NCBI GenBank assembly: GCA_963699545.1
Contig: CAVOUE010000002.1
Span: 1 to 64,000 of the forward strand
DNA from: Nitrospirota bacterium
Lineage (GTDB): Bacteria > Nitrospirota > Thermodesulfovibrionia > Thermodesulfovibrionales > UBA9159
Direction of reading: 5' to 3'
DNA: 64,000 nucleotides
The translations under genes were made by a program, and so were the position numbers. The stretch's first letter is position 1. Each line of letters begins with the position of its first letter. Below, one piece after another: positions 52,410 to 63,173 of this stretch. Under the pieces are notes generated by a model, which ran no database searches, was not told the DNA's origin, and saw nothing but the letters and a program-made list of their open reading frames with translations.

Positions 52410-53183
52410 ATGAAAGTAGTCATCCTTGCCGGCGGGTTAGGAACGCGTCTCTCCGAAGAGACGGTGTTACGGCCGAAGCCCATGGTCGAGATCGGGGGCA
52501 AGCCGATACTCTGGCATATTATGAAGATCTATTCGAGCTACGGCTTCAATCACTTTTCAGTCGCTTGCGGGTATAAAGGCGAAGGAATGAAGGAATATTT
52601 TCGTAATTATTTCTTCTCCGAGAGTGATTTTTTGCTCTCACTCCGGGATGGCAGCTGCACGGTGATCAATGCTGATACTCCGGACATGCTGATAGAACTT
52701 ATTGAGACGGGACCCGACACAATGACCGGGGGACGGCTTCTCCGTCTCAGGGAAAAGAAGATGGTAGGCAACGAGACTTTCATGGTGACATACGGTGACG
52801 GAGTGTCGGATGTGGACATAGAGTCGCTCCTTGCATTCCACCGTGCGCACGGAAAGCTTGCTACAGTTACTGCGGTTCGGCCGCCCGCGCGGTTTGGCGG
52901 ATTGGTTTTGGACGGAGATAAGGTGGTAGAGTTTACTGAAAAATCTCAGACAGGCGCGGGCTGGATTAACGGTGGTTTCTTTGTTTTTGAACCCGGCGTG
53001 CTGGATCATATTGATGGTGATCAAACCAGTCTTGAAAGAGAGCCCCTGGAAAGGCTTGCAGCAGAGGAACAGCTGATGTCTTTCCGCCATGCAGGCTTTT
53101 GGCAGCCCATGGACACCCTTCGCGAAAAACATTTACTTGAATCACTGTGGGCAAGCGGTAATGCACCCTGGAAAAGATGGTGA
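52410..53183 (+). CDS. rfbF: Glucose-1-phosphate cytidylyltransferase
   Basis: ILAGGLGTRLSEET, PKPMVEIG, TMTGGR, TYGDG and GFWQPMDTLRE. Confidence 0.93.
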   Translation: MKVVILAGGLGTRLSEETVLRPKPMVEIGGKPILWHIMKIYSSYGFNHFSVACGYKGEGMKEYFRNYFFSESDFLLSLRDGSCTVINADTPDMLIELIETGPDTMTGGRLLRLREKKMVGNETFMVTYGDGVSDVDIESLLAFHRAHGKLATVTAVRPPARFGGLVLDGDKVVEFTEKSQTGAGWINGGFFVFEPGVLDHIDGDQTSLEREPLERLAAEEQLMSFRHAGFWQPMDTLREKHLLESLWASGNAPWKRW

Positions 53184-53290
53184 AAGGGATATACGGGTCG
53201 GCACGTCTGTGAGAGATCGTGGTATTTTGCGGGGTATAAGGCGCATGGCTTTGCAGGGTCTGCCGTGCGTGGCGTTCAGAGGCAGTTAGC

Positions 53291-54259
53291 ATGAAAAGAA
53301 AACTCATCTCCATAGTCGTACCCGTGTTTAACGAAAAGGCCAGCGTAGAGCCTCTCTATCATGCTGTCACCCGTGTCATGTTGACGCTTGCTGACCGGTA
53401 TGACCATGAACTTATCATTACCGACAATCACAGCGAAGACGGCACATTCACCAAGATCGAGAATATCGCCAGCCAGGACAGGCGTGTCCGTATTTTCCGG
53501 TTCTCCCGCAATTTCGGCTTTCAACGGTCCATTTCTACCGGTTACGCCAGGGCGAACGGCGATGCCGCCATCCAGCTGGATTGTGACATGCAGGATCCGC
53601 CGGAACTGATCCCCGAATTCATAAGGCTTTGGGAAGAAGGGTATAAGGTTGTTTACGGCGTACGACGCGCGAGGAAAGAATCTCGATGGATCAGCTCACT
53701 ACGAAAGATCTTCTACAGGCTGATAGATTTCTTGAGCGAAGATTACCTGCCCCACGATGCAGGTGACTTCAGACTCGTGGACCGCAGGGTGCTGGAGGAG
53801 TTGAAAAAAGTCGACGATAACCAGCCCTATCTGCGGGGAGAGATCGCGGTAATGGGCTTCAACCAGATCGGTGTCCCCTATGACCGCTCTGAAAGGGTCC
53901 ATGGAGAAAGCAAGTTTTCATTCGGGGACCTCCTCGGCCTTGCAGTGGACGGGATATTGAACCATTCTATTGTGCCGTTACGGATTGCGACGTTTACCGG
54001 TCTTGCTGTTTCTTTCATGACCTTCCTCGGCATTATCGTTTTCCTCGCCGGTAAGATTTTTTTTGGGCAGGACTGGCCCGCGGGCTTCGCAACGACCACG
54101 GTCCTCATACTCCTGTCTGTGAGCCTTAACGCGCTCTTCCTCGGCATAATAGGGGAATATCTTGGAAGGCTTTACAAACAGGTCAAGAGGCGGCCTCGTG
54201 CTATTATTGAAAAAGAAATCAATGCCAACGACGGTGCGCCATCCCAGGAAGAGAGTTGA
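53291..54259 (+). CDS. GtrB/ArnC-like polyprenyl-phosphate glycosyltransferase
   Basis: SRNFGFQ, DCDMQDPPE, GDFRL and two C-terminal TM helices, GIIGEYLGR. Confidence 0.88.
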   Translation: MKRKLISIVVPVFNEKASVEPLYHAVTRVMLTLADRYDHELIITDNHSEDGTFTKIENIASQDRRVRIFRFSRNFGFQRSISTGYARANGDAAIQLDCDMQDPPELIPEFIRLWEEGYKVVYGVRRARKESRWISSLRKIFYRLIDFLSEDYLPHDAGDFRLVDRRVLEELKKVDDNQPYLRGEIAVMGFNQIGVPYDRSERVHGESKFSFGDLLGLAVDGILNHSIVPLRIATFTGLAVSFMTFLGIIVFLAGKIFFGQDWPAGFATTTVLILLSVSLNALFLGIIGEYLGRLYKQVKRRPRAIIEKEINANDGAPSQEES

Positions 54260-54420
54260 AACTCCTGGGGACAGGACTTTCTTTAAGTGAGACGGAAGGA
54301 TCTTTCCCTGGTTTTGTTTTTTGAGCCCTTTGCGCTAATATATACCGTGCATATCCGAGACTATGGTACATAATACATATCCCGGAGAAGACCAGACCCA
54401 GGAAAGGATCGCCAGACAGC

Positions 54421-55365
54421 GTGCACCCTCATTTTTCAATAGTTATTCCCATCTTTAACGAAGAGGAGAATATTCCCGAACTGCACAGACGTCTGACTGC
54501 GGTAATGGAAAGACTCTGCAGAGGTGAGGGATACCCTCCAGATGGTTATGAGATTGTTATGGTGGATGACGGGAGCAAAGACCGCTCATGGCAGCTCATC
54601 AAGGAGCTTCACGAGAAGGATCCGAGGGTGAGGGGGATGAGTTTCTCGAGGAACTTCGGCCATCACATCGCCATCACTGCCGGCCTCGACCATGCCCGGG
54701 GTGATTCGGTAATCCTCATGGATGGAGACCTTCAGGATCCTCCTGAAGAGATACCCAAGCTCTATGAGAAGTCCAAGGAGGGGTATGATCTGGTCTATGG
54801 CATAAGGCGAGAGCGGAAGGACACCTTGTTCAAAAAACTGACCTCGTTTCTGTTCTGGTGGATGTTAAGGAGATTTTCGGGAGTCGATATGCCCGGAAAT
54901 CAAACAATGCTGAGGATATTAAGCAGAAGGGTGGCGGACGTACTCAGGGATATGAGAGAATATGCGAGATTCATCCATGGCATGATGGCATGGACAGGGT
55001 TTCATGTCACGGCATTAGAGATAGAGCACGGCGAGAGGACGAAAGGTGAAAGCAAATACACCATCCCACGGCTGTTCAGACTCGCCTTTCATGCGGTTAC
55101 CTCTTTTTCAACCGTCCCTCTAAAACTCGCAATATATACCGGGTTTATCAGCTCTTCCTTAAGCCTTGTGGTCGGACTCTATTTCATCTATAAAAAGATA
55201 TTTTATAATATCCCTGTCCTCGGTTATGCATCAATTATTGTTTCGATCTTTTTTGTAGGAGGCATCCAGCTGCTCATGCTTGGAATATTCGGAGAATATC
55301 TTGGAAGGACATACCAGGAAGTGCAACGAAGACCGCTATATATTCTGAAGGAACATATTCAGTAA
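54421..55365 (+). CDS. GtrB/ArnC-like polyprenyl-phosphate glycosyltransferase
   Basis: DDGSKD, SRNFGHH, DGDLQDPPE and GEYLGR. Confidence 0.88.
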   Translation: MHPHFSIVIPIFNEEENIPELHRRLTAVMERLCRGEGYPPDGYEIVMVDDGSKDRSWQLIKELHEKDPRVRGMSFSRNFGHHIAITAGLDHARGDSVILMDGDLQDPPEEIPKLYEKSKEGYDLVYGIRRERKDTLFKKLTSFLFWWMLRRFSGVDMPGNQTMLRILSRRVADVLRDMREYARFIHGMMAWTGFHVTALEIEHGERTKGESKYTIPRLFRLAFHAVTSFSTVPLKLAIYTGFISSSLSLVVGLYFIYKKIFYNIPVLGYASIIVSIFFVGGIQLLMLGIFGEYLGRTYQEVQRRPLYILKEHIQ

Positions 55366-55375
55366 TCTAGTCCGC

Positions 55376-56089
55376 ATGATCAGCGAATTAGAATGGGATA
55401 GTGCATTCTTCAAGAGGAAGATAGGCGAACTGAAGTTAGCCCGTGAGCCCTTCTCTCATCTTGGGACTGCACTGGGAAAGGCCAAGGCGGAGGGCTTTCA
55501 ATACATTATATGCAAACTTGAATTTCGGGATACTCGCCTTATCAGATTTCTGGAATCATCAGGGTTTTATTTGTCGGATATAGGGGTAACCTGGCAGGTG
55601 AGAACCGGGGAGTTCCGCCACACAGAGAACAGCGGGAAAGAGAAAATGGGGAGAGCCGTTGCGGCGGCCACAGTCAGGGATATCCCTATGCTAAGGAAAC
55701 TAACCAAATCGCTTTTCCGGGAAAGCCGTTTTTATCATGATCCTTTTTTTTCAAAGGAGAACGCGGACCGTCTCTATCTGGCGTGGGTAGACAACTCGGT
55801 GAAAGGCGCGGCAGCCGACATCGTTTTCTGCGTCCCCCGCGAAGGGTTTGTGACATGCCGGGAAAGACGCAGATCAGGGGAAATTGTTCTCCTCGGTGTG
55901 AAGAAAGATTCGAGGAGGAAGGGGACGGGAACGGCGCTCGTAGAGGAGGCGATGAGGTGGTTTACGGGGCAAGGTTTCCATTCCGTCAGTGTGAGAACTC
56001 AGTTGAGAAACCTCGTCGCAATGAACTTCTATCTGAAGTTGGGGTTCACGGTGAAAAGCCATGACATGGTTTTCGGGAAGATCCTCTGA
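55376..56089 (+). CDS. GNAT acetyltransferase (WecD-like)
   Basis: LEWDSAFF, SRFYHDP, RRKGTG, TQLRN and FYLKLGF. Confidence 0.82.
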   Translation: MISELEWDSAFFKRKIGELKLAREPFSHLGTALGKAKAEGFQYIICKLEFRDTRLIRFLESSGFYLSDIGVTWQVRTGEFRHTENSGKEKMGRAVAAATVRDIPMLRKLTKSLFRESRFYHDPFFSKENADRLYLAWVDNSVKGAAADIVFCVPREGFVTCRERRRSGEIVLLGVKKDSRRKGTGTALVEEAMRWFTGQGFHSVSVRTQLRNLVAMNFYLKLGFTVKSHDMVFGKIL

Positions 56090-56549
56090 GAATTTCCTCT
56101 GCAGTCGGATTCATTCATCTGAACGCTTTTGCAGCCGGCTATGTCGGGTTCCTGTACATCCCCTGGTCTCTTAGCCTTTATCTTAGAGCGCCCTCCTCAG
56201 GGACCATAAGGATGCCGCTTTCCGCCGGCGCCACTTTGATCATGATCGCGCTGTCTGTTAGGGGAAGATGGGCACCTTCTCCTTTGTTGCGGTTGTTCGA
56301 CCTTACGCCCTGCACCGTCCATGGCCTTCCATTGAAACCCCATCTTTGCAAAATGGTTTCCTTACCTGCCATCCCTTGGCTCTGCCATCCTCATAGCTTG
56401 CTCTCTCCCAGTATTGGCCAGGGTTCACAAAGGCATACCTTTCGGCATATTTCCCTTTGTCACAGCAGGTTTCACCATAGTGAGCGTTATTGCCGTCAAG
56501 GACCGGCCGAATTGCCACCAGTAAACGAACAATGCGCATGCTTTTGAAA

Positions 56550-58172
56550 ATGAAAAAAGAAGCCTGGTTGGCATCGCTTATCGCGTTTATTACGATACTT
56601 TCGTATCTGCCCGTCCTGCAAAACGGATTTGTGAATTGGGACGACGAGAGATATGTCGTTAATAACGGTGCTATTCATTCGCTGAATGTGCATTTCTTGA
56701 AATGGGCTTTTTCCGGGTTTACGGCCGCAAACTGGCATCCATTGACCTGGATATCACATGCTGTCGATTATGCGGTGTGGGGTCTCAATCCGCTCGGCCA
56801 CCATTTGACGAGCATCGTACTGCACGGATTCAACACACTGCTTGTAGTGTTGTTGACGGTCACGCTGCTCCGTAGGGCCCGGGAGGTTCCGGCGTGTGAC
56901 ATGAAGAAAGGAGCTCTTTTCGGGAGAGATTCCATACTTGTAGCTGCCGCGACCACCGGCCTATTATTCGGGATACACCCGCTTCATGTTGAATCTGTCG
57001 CCTGGATTTCCGAAAGAAAGGATCTGCTTTACGCCTTCTTTTTTCTCATAAGTCTTCTCAGCTATCTGGGATATGCGGAGAGGATGAGAGGAAGGAACAA
57101 AAGAACAACGATTTCACAAATCTATGGAAACTCCTGGTACCTTGTCAGTGTGGCGTTCTTCTTATTCTCGTTATTGAGCAAACCCATGGCGGTCACACTC
57201 CCTCTCCTTCTGCTCATCACGGATTGGTATCCGTTGGGGAGATTTGCGGCGAAGGAAAACCTGAAGGTCATAGCGCTGGAGAAATTGCCATTTGTGCTTT
57301 TGAGCCTTTTTTCCGGCTTGATTACTTTGATGGCTCAGAATTCGGGAGACTATCGGATCGTTCCTCTGGAAGCGATTCCGCTCAGTACAAGAACAATGGT
57401 TGCTTGCAAGACGCTTTTCCTCTACATTGAAAAGATTATCTTTCCCGTTAACTTGATTCCCTTGTACGGTTATCCGCACAATGTGTCTCTTTTGTCTCCG
57501 GGATACTTAATTCCGCTACTGTTGTTTGTCAGTATTACCGTGGCCTGCATCTTCACCATGCACAGAATCAAGTATGTTTCGGCTGCATGGGCTTTCTATG
57601 TGGTAACGTTGCTGCCCATCCTGGGGTTTGTTCAGGTGGGACGCCAGTCCATGGCAGACCGGTATATGTATCTGGCCCTTCTCGGTCCAGCTATCCTTGT
57701 TGGTCTGTTTGTTGCGGTCATTATAAGAAGACTGGCGCTCTTATCAAAACATAAACTTCTTGCACGTACCGTATTCTATGGATGCCTGCTGCTTATCTTC
57801 GGCGGTCTCGTATCTGCTGCAATACTTCAGATGCATATCTGGAAAGACGGCGTCAGTCTCTGGACGCATGAGATCCAGGTTGAGCCACAGCTTCCCGAAG
57901 CATATCAGCGCCGGGGAAATGCCTTCAGAAAGCAGGAAAAGTTTGTTGAAGCGGTAAAGGACTATACAAAAGCCATACGTTTGAGTCCGTTTTCGGAACC
58001 GAACTATTATAATGATCGGGGGATTGCGTACGCAAATCTTGGGCTTTTTGAAAAAGCTCTGAGAGATTTTGAGCTTGCCATAGCGATGAATCCTGCAGAA
58101 CCCATGTATCAGGATAACCGTAGAAATGCCCTGAGAGATCTTCAACGTGCCGGGGAAAATGAGAAAAAATAA
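56550..58172 (+). CDS. TMTC-like GT-C/TPR protein (paralog 10, start approximate)
   Basis: FVNWDD, NWHPLTW, HVESVAWISERKD, ADRYMYL and a short TPR tail. Confidence 0.87.
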   Translation: MKKEAWLASLIAFITILSYLPVLQNGFVNWDDERYVVNNGAIHSLNVHFLKWAFSGFTAANWHPLTWISHAVDYAVWGLNPLGHHLTSIVLHGFNTLLVVLLTVTLLRRAREVPACDMKKGALFGRDSILVAAATTGLLFGIHPLHVESVAWISERKDLLYAFFFLISLLSYLGYAERMRGRNKRTTISQIYGNSWYLVSVAFFLFSLLSKPMAVTLPLLLLITDWYPLGRFAAKENLKVIALEKLPFVLLSLFSGLITLMAQNSGDYRIVPLEAIPLSTRTMVACKTLFLYIEKIIFPVNLIPLYGYPHNVSLLSPGYLIPLLLFVSITVACIFTMHRIKYVSAAWAFYVVTLLPILGFVQVGRQSMADRYMYLALLGPAILVGLFVAVIIRRLALLSKHKLLARTVFYGCLLLIFGGLVSAAILQMHIWKDGVSLWTHEIQVEPQLPEAYQRRGNAFRKQEKFVEAVKDYTKAIRLSPFSEPNYYNDRGIAYANLGLFEKALRDFELAIAMNPAEPMYQDNRRNALRDLQRAGENEKK

Positions 58173-58224
58173 TCTGGAGCACGGGACACGGAAGAGAAGG
58201 AACAGAAACCCTTGAGCCCTGGTA

Positions 58225-59379
58225 CTATCTGAGTCTCGGGAAGTTATTGAACGCCGGGGCGTCCTGAGGTCTCAGGGGGGATCGTTTCTCAAAGGATTTT
58301 CTTGCCGACGGATATTCTGCCGGATTATGTTCCTTGCCGTGACAATTCAGGTAACACCGGCCTGCCCTGCGGTCCAACTGCATGTATTCCAAACGCCCGT
58401 TCTTCGCCGGCCTTACAGTTGAATTATCAAAATTTATGAGATGGGCGTCATGGGCGCTTCCATGGGAATCATGACATGTCTTGCACGAAATGGCCTGCGC
58501 TGAGATATGAAGGCTGTGGTATTGAAAGCTCTCATTGGCGAGGAGGCTGCTCCGCCTGTGACAGCCATAGCAGAGCTCATACTGTGAGGGCCCTTCGGGG
58601 CCGTCGGTCTCTGAGTAGTTCCTTGAGAGGATGTATCGATACTTGGACCCATGCGGCCCTTTCGGCCCTCTGGGATCATCGTTGTTATGACAATCCGTGC
58701 ATTTTATGAGGCTCGTTGCCGTGAGCGGGTACATAAGGCTCGGGACATCACTGTTTTTCCCCGGGGCCTCCACTGGGTGGAAGGACCGATTTGTGATATC
58801 GAAAAGCTCCATCTTGCCGATCTGATCTGCAGGAAGATTGGCGCTGTTCAGATGGCAATTGAAGCAGAGTTCGTATTCAAAGGTCGCCTCCTGAACCTTT
58901 GTCCCCCTCATGCTGGTGCCGCTCATTCCCGCAACCTTGTTCTTATCGGTCGCATAGTGGTGATGATGGCAATCCGCGCATTCGGAATGCCGCTCCTTCG
59001 AAGGGTCTATCTCGGGAAGGGTTTCGCCATACGTGTGGATCCCTGTTTTCTCTATAGGGTGGTGATACGTCTTTTCGAACTCCCTCTGCAGGTCCATTGC
59101 CTTCGTTTCTCTGCCCAGATCCCCTTTCTTCCGCGCCTTATCGATATTTCTGGCACGACCGTGACACTTGAAACAGAAAACGTCCTTACTGTCGGAAAGC
59201 ATTGGGGTATTGTATTTCCCATGCCCCATATGGCAGCTCGCGCATCCACGCGGCAATTTCGTCCTGTCGCCATGAGCGCTTTCTCTCAGGGACGTCGAAT
59301 AAAGGGAGCCAGGGGCCATAAGAATAACGAGACCCAGTGAGAGTGTCAGCAGACATTTTCGTTTCAGATCACCCGCCAT
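58225..59379 (-). CDS. Secreted multiheme c-type cytochrome (7 CxxCH plus 1 CxxxCH)
   Basis: Signal peptide; CASCH, CFKCH, CADCH, CFNCH, CTDCH, CYGCH, CKTCH and CYLNCH. Confidence 0.92.
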   Translation of the reverse strand: MAGDLKRKCLLTLSLGLVILMAPGSLYSTSLRESAHGDRTKLPRGCASCHMGHGKYNTPMLSDSKDVFCFKCHGRARNIDKARKKGDLGRETKAMDLQREFEKTYHHPIEKTGIHTYGETLPEIDPSKERHSECADCHHHHYATDKNKVAGMSGTSMRGTKVQEATFEYELCFNCHLNSANLPADQIGKMELFDITNRSFHPVEAPGKNSDVPSLMYPLTATSLIKCTDCHNNDDPRGPKGPHGSKYRYILSRNYSETDGPEGPSQYELCYGCHRRSSLLANESFQYHSLHISAQAISCKTCHDSHGSAHDAHLINFDNSTVRPAKNGRLEYMQLDRRAGRCYLNCHGKEHNPAEYPSARKSFEKRSPLRPQDAPAFNNFPRLR

Positions 59380-59434
59380 GTATCATCCCACGCTTATCTT
59401 CCATTCATGCATCTTCATTCCTCACTTTGTTGTA

Positions 59435-60136
59435 TCACAAATCATGACAGACAAGGCATACCTCTTCGTAGGTGGCCTTCTGCCAAAAAGGCGGCGTTCC
59501 TTCCCCCCCCGCTACCGCGTCGTGGGGTTCATGACACGATGTGCACTGAACACCACGCCCACCCTGCGTCGGATAAAGTCTCACATCACGGTCAGCTATC
59601 GGCCACTTCAGGTGCATGAGTCTGCGGTCGGAATTCCTCCGGGCCACCAGCGCCTCATCAAACACAATGGATATGGGATGGCTTCCTGACAGGTCTGTTC
59701 CGACGTGGCCTTCCGCGCCCGGCAAAAGCTTCCCTGACGCGTCAACGACTCCTTCGACGGTGAACATCTGGATGTCCTCCTGTCTTCTCAGCGCAGAGCC
59801 GAGTGCAACTGTTCCGTCATGGCAGCCAAGACACAGTTTCGAGAAACCGTCAATAGGAGGAGCCTCCGCCTGAGAACGGTAAGACTTGAGCGTTGGGCTC
59901 CAGTAATTGATATGGTTGACCGGCGGAGCCTGGTTCCACAACGCCTTGGAAGGAGAGGCATTGTGAGGGGTATGGCAGAAAATACATATCTGGCTCTCGG
60001 AAAGCGCCTTTACAGGACCTGGCCCCGAAGCAGAAAGGTTATGCTTTGAATTCGAAATCCCCGCCAGAGCGAGAAGGGGGACCAAAATAAAAATACAGAC
60101 TGCGAGTATACACACTGTTCTATATCTTCTGTTCAC
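59435..60136 (-). CDS. OmcE-like tetraheme cytochrome c
   Basis: Signal peptide, SKHNLS, QICIFCHTPHNA, LWN, CLGCHDG, GTDLSGSHPI, CTSCH and CLVCH; 233 aa. Confidence 0.85.
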   Translation of the reverse strand: MNRRYRTVCILAVCIFILVPLLALAGISNSKHNLSASGPGPVKALSESQICIFCHTPHNASPSKALWNQAPPVNHINYWSPTLKSYRSQAEAPPIDGFSKLCLGCHDGTVALGSALRRQEDIQMFTVEGVVDASGKLLPGAEGHVGTDLSGSHPISIVFDEALVARRNSDRRLMHLKWPIADRDVRLYPTQGGRGVQCTSCHEPHDAVAGGEGTPPFWQKATYEEVCLVCHDL

Positions 60137-60233
60137 CGTCGACCCTCTCGTTCAGAGTCCTTTGTTCGCAGTTCGGCGCGATCTCACAAAAAAGCCATTG
60201 AGCGTTCCCGATCTCCGAACTCGACACCCCGGA

Positions 60234-61328
60234 CTATTTTCCCTCCCTCAGATACTGAAAGACCTGGACCCTGTTATTATAGGAATCGGCTACATAGACC
60301 ATGTCTTTCTCATCGATAAATACTCCTGCAGGCAGGACCATCTCACCTGCGCCGCGGCCTGTATGGCCAAAGCCCAGGAGAAGCCTTCCCTTCCCGTCGA
60401 ATATCTGGACACTATCGAAATGGGCGTCCGATACGTAGATGTTACCCTCGGAATCAACAGCGATGCCTTTTGGTTTCGAAAAGTCCCCTGAGCCGTCGCC
60501 GGCTTTTCCAAAGGCAGAGAGAAAACTGCCGTCTGTTCTGAGAACCTGGACCCTGAAGTTCATAGAGTCCGTAATATAAAGAAGTCCGTTCCTGATAAAG
60601 ATATTCGTCGGATAGTTAAATTCCCCTTCTCCGGCGCCGTTCTTGCCGAAGCGGGAAATGAGTTCTCCGGTTTTTTTACGAAATACTAACACCTGATGGC
60701 GGTGCGTGTCAACAACGTAGGTCCTGTCTTCATCAAGCGCAATGCCTGCGGGCCTCAAGAATTCATCGGGCGATCCCATCTCCCTCAGGTACTTTCCGGC
60801 CTTATCGAACACAAAGACCCCCTTAAGAACGGAATCGGAGAGATATATCTCACCGTCCCTGTCTGCCGCAACGCCGATGGGAGAGATGAGTTCCTCCTTC
60901 TTCGTTTCTTTTATCTCAAAATATCTTTCCTCCTTCACATCAAAGACACGGAGGACGTGGGCGCCGGGATCGGTGATGTATACTCTGCGGGCATCGGCAA
61001 AGACGCCATAGGGCCTGAGAATCCTCTCTTCCATGTCCTCCTTACCGAAAATGTTGTCAATCACCCTCTTCATCCAGGATTTCCTTATCCCGACATCCGA
61101 CGGTCCTGAGATGGTCCTCACATATCGAATCCGCGGGGGCTGCGGCGGAGAAGGCCAGACAGGGGCCGGTCCCTGCGTCCCGGATCCGGGGTTCTCAGTC
61201 CTGAGCTCGGTCCCTGCACATCCTCCCGCAATAAGCAAGAAGGAACACGTTACAAGGAGCAGGTCTCTGTTGACCAGCGGCCGGAATTTCCGCGTCCTGA
61301 ACCATGAACTTTGAGCTTCTCCCTTCAT
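60234..61328 (-). CDS. NHL-repeat beta-propeller lipoprotein
   Basis: LIAGGC, FLRPAGIA, FNYPTNI, FSKPKGIAVD and DSYNNRVQVF; ATGA overlap with the upstream gene. Confidence 0.88.
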   Translation of the reverse strand: MKGEAQSSWFRTRKFRPLVNRDLLLVTCSFLLIAGGCAGTELRTENPGSGTQGPAPVWPSPPQPPRIRYVRTISGPSDVGIRKSWMKRVIDNIFGKEDMEERILRPYGVFADARRVYITDPGAHVLRVFDVKEERYFEIKETKKEELISPIGVAADRDGEIYLSDSVLKGVFVFDKAGKYLREMGSPDEFLRPAGIALDEDRTYVVDTHRHQVLVFRKKTGELISRFGKNGAGEGEFNYPTNIFIRNGLLYITDSMNFRVQVLRTDGSFLSAFGKAGDGSGDFSKPKGIAVDSEGNIYVSDAHFDSVQIFDGKGRLLLGFGHTGRGAGEMVLPAGVFIDEKDMVYVADSYNNRVQVFQYLREGK

Positions 61329-63080
61329 AGCGCTCTCGTAAGTCTCAGGAAGAGGGTGCTGACTTCCGTAGTGATGGGGCCTTCGTCTTCCGTTTTCCAT
61401 CTCCTGTATTCCAGTGAAAAATACAGCCTTCTCAGTCTGTAATAAAGCCTGCCCTCATATTCCGTTATCTTTCTCTCAAATAAACTCGCAGTCCTTTCCC
61501 ATCCCTGTTCTCCACCATGCAACCAGGGACAGGTTTCTGAGAATACTATAATTAAGCCTTGCTTCATAGTAAAAAGTTTTCAAATCAGCGCCGTTAGCAG
61601 TTCCGCTCGAATAGCTGCTTTGCAGATAAATCCCTCCTCTCCTTCCCAGGGGATAGCCTCCTTCCGCAATCAGGGAATAATAATTTGAGGTGCCGGCTCT
61701 CGTCTCCGGCTGAAGCTCTATCGCTGATGCGCCGAGATCATTTGTCGCGTTGACGTATCTCCCTTCCACAGTCCAATAGGCCCTCCCCGGGCCCCTCCCG
61801 TGTACCCCCATCCTGACGACATGCTCCATAAGACTTCCCTCATTGGACATCGTATCATAATTAAAGTTATAGTCTGCGTATATTGTCCCCCACTTTAGCT
61901 TTCTTGTCTGGAGGCCAAGCTCGACAGCGTGCCCCACGAATTCCCCGAGTTGAGTTCCGTATTTGTAAGCAACACTATAGCCCGCATCGAAATTAAAATC
62001 CTTTATCGGGGTGCTGTAGGTCAGGAACGCGGTTGAGCCGTACGTATTCTCGCTCTCCTCGTCCTGATTAATAAGGGCATAGAAGGCAGTTGCCCTGCCA
62101 CGGAGCTCCCTTGAAAAGCGGTAACCCCATGCGCCGCTCAAGTCGTGGGAATCGGATCGGGACGAATTGCTCTCATTGCTAAAGTAGCTATATGCGTATT
62201 CATGGCTGAAACGCTCCGTCGGGTTCAACGAAAGATCGGCCGTAGCAACCGTGACCTTGTTATTGTCTCCGGAACTGTAGAGGAGTGAGGTAGAAAGGAA
62301 ATTATTCCCCTTAAGCGAAGTATACGTATTTGCCCTCGCGGTTTGAGTTTCAACACTCCTGACCGTGGTCGAACTATCGATGATCTCGTATCCGAGAACA
62401 TACCTCGTACGTATCGAGTTCACGTTTCCTCTAAGCTCCAGGTTATATGAGTTGAACGAACTGAATGAGTCGGCCGAATTAGTGCCGGAGCCCTTCAGGT
62501 CATGATCAAAGTGGTTGTACTGGAACATCAGCAGCGGCAGATTCCCCGACAGGTCTCCACCACCATTCCGCCCTTTTGGCTTTAAGATGTCCTTCAGCGA
62601 TACTTTTAAGGTCAGCCCGTAGGTGTTGGTTGTCGTATCAAGAGATCCCCCGTCCGTAAAGGTCCCGCTGGATCTTGTTGCATAGACCTCAAGAGAATAC
62701 GGCCTGAACTTCAGAAAGTTCATGAAGAGATCGTAGTCGATCTGTCTCTCCTTCAAATGCGTATCCTCCGCACCGGTGCTCCCGAAGGTGGTTGCTGCAT
62801 GCCTGAAGGTTACATTCGCCTCATAGACTGCAAGCTTGGGGGTCTTTATATAACCCTGAACACCGAGTTTGACGCGCTCCTGAAAGGTCGATGCGTCGCT
62901 CTCCGTCTTCTTTCCACTGCTGGTTATTGTCGTGCTGTAATCAGAGTAATCGAGTTCTATGAGCCCTGTAATCACGTACTTCGGAAATAACGGCTGGGCG
63001 TTCCCCTCTACCGGCATAAACAGTATCAGGAGAAAAATGCTAAGCAAAAATGAATGAACAATAACCCTTTTCAGTTTCAC
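61325..63080 (-). CDS. Outer-membrane beta-barrel protein, frameshift near 61500
   Basis: Signal peptide and alternating aromatic beta strands; the shifted frame ends STLFLRLTRAL*. Confidence 0.75.
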
Positions 63081-63173
63081 CCGGAGGTCTTCCTCCCCTT
63101 CTCACCGCTGTAAGTTCCAGGTCAAGAGCCGGAAAGAACAGCCCGTGAAAATTCCCTGTTTTGTGATAGCCTG

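Noticed and set aside
56090-56540. Small gene or ncRNA in the intergenic gap
   Set aside because: The short ORFs have no recognisable motif and I saw no convincing RNA structure.
254-61500. Programmed ribosomal frameshifting in many genes
   Set aside because: The indels are scattered, often in short homopolymers of unrelated genes, which fits sequencing error better.
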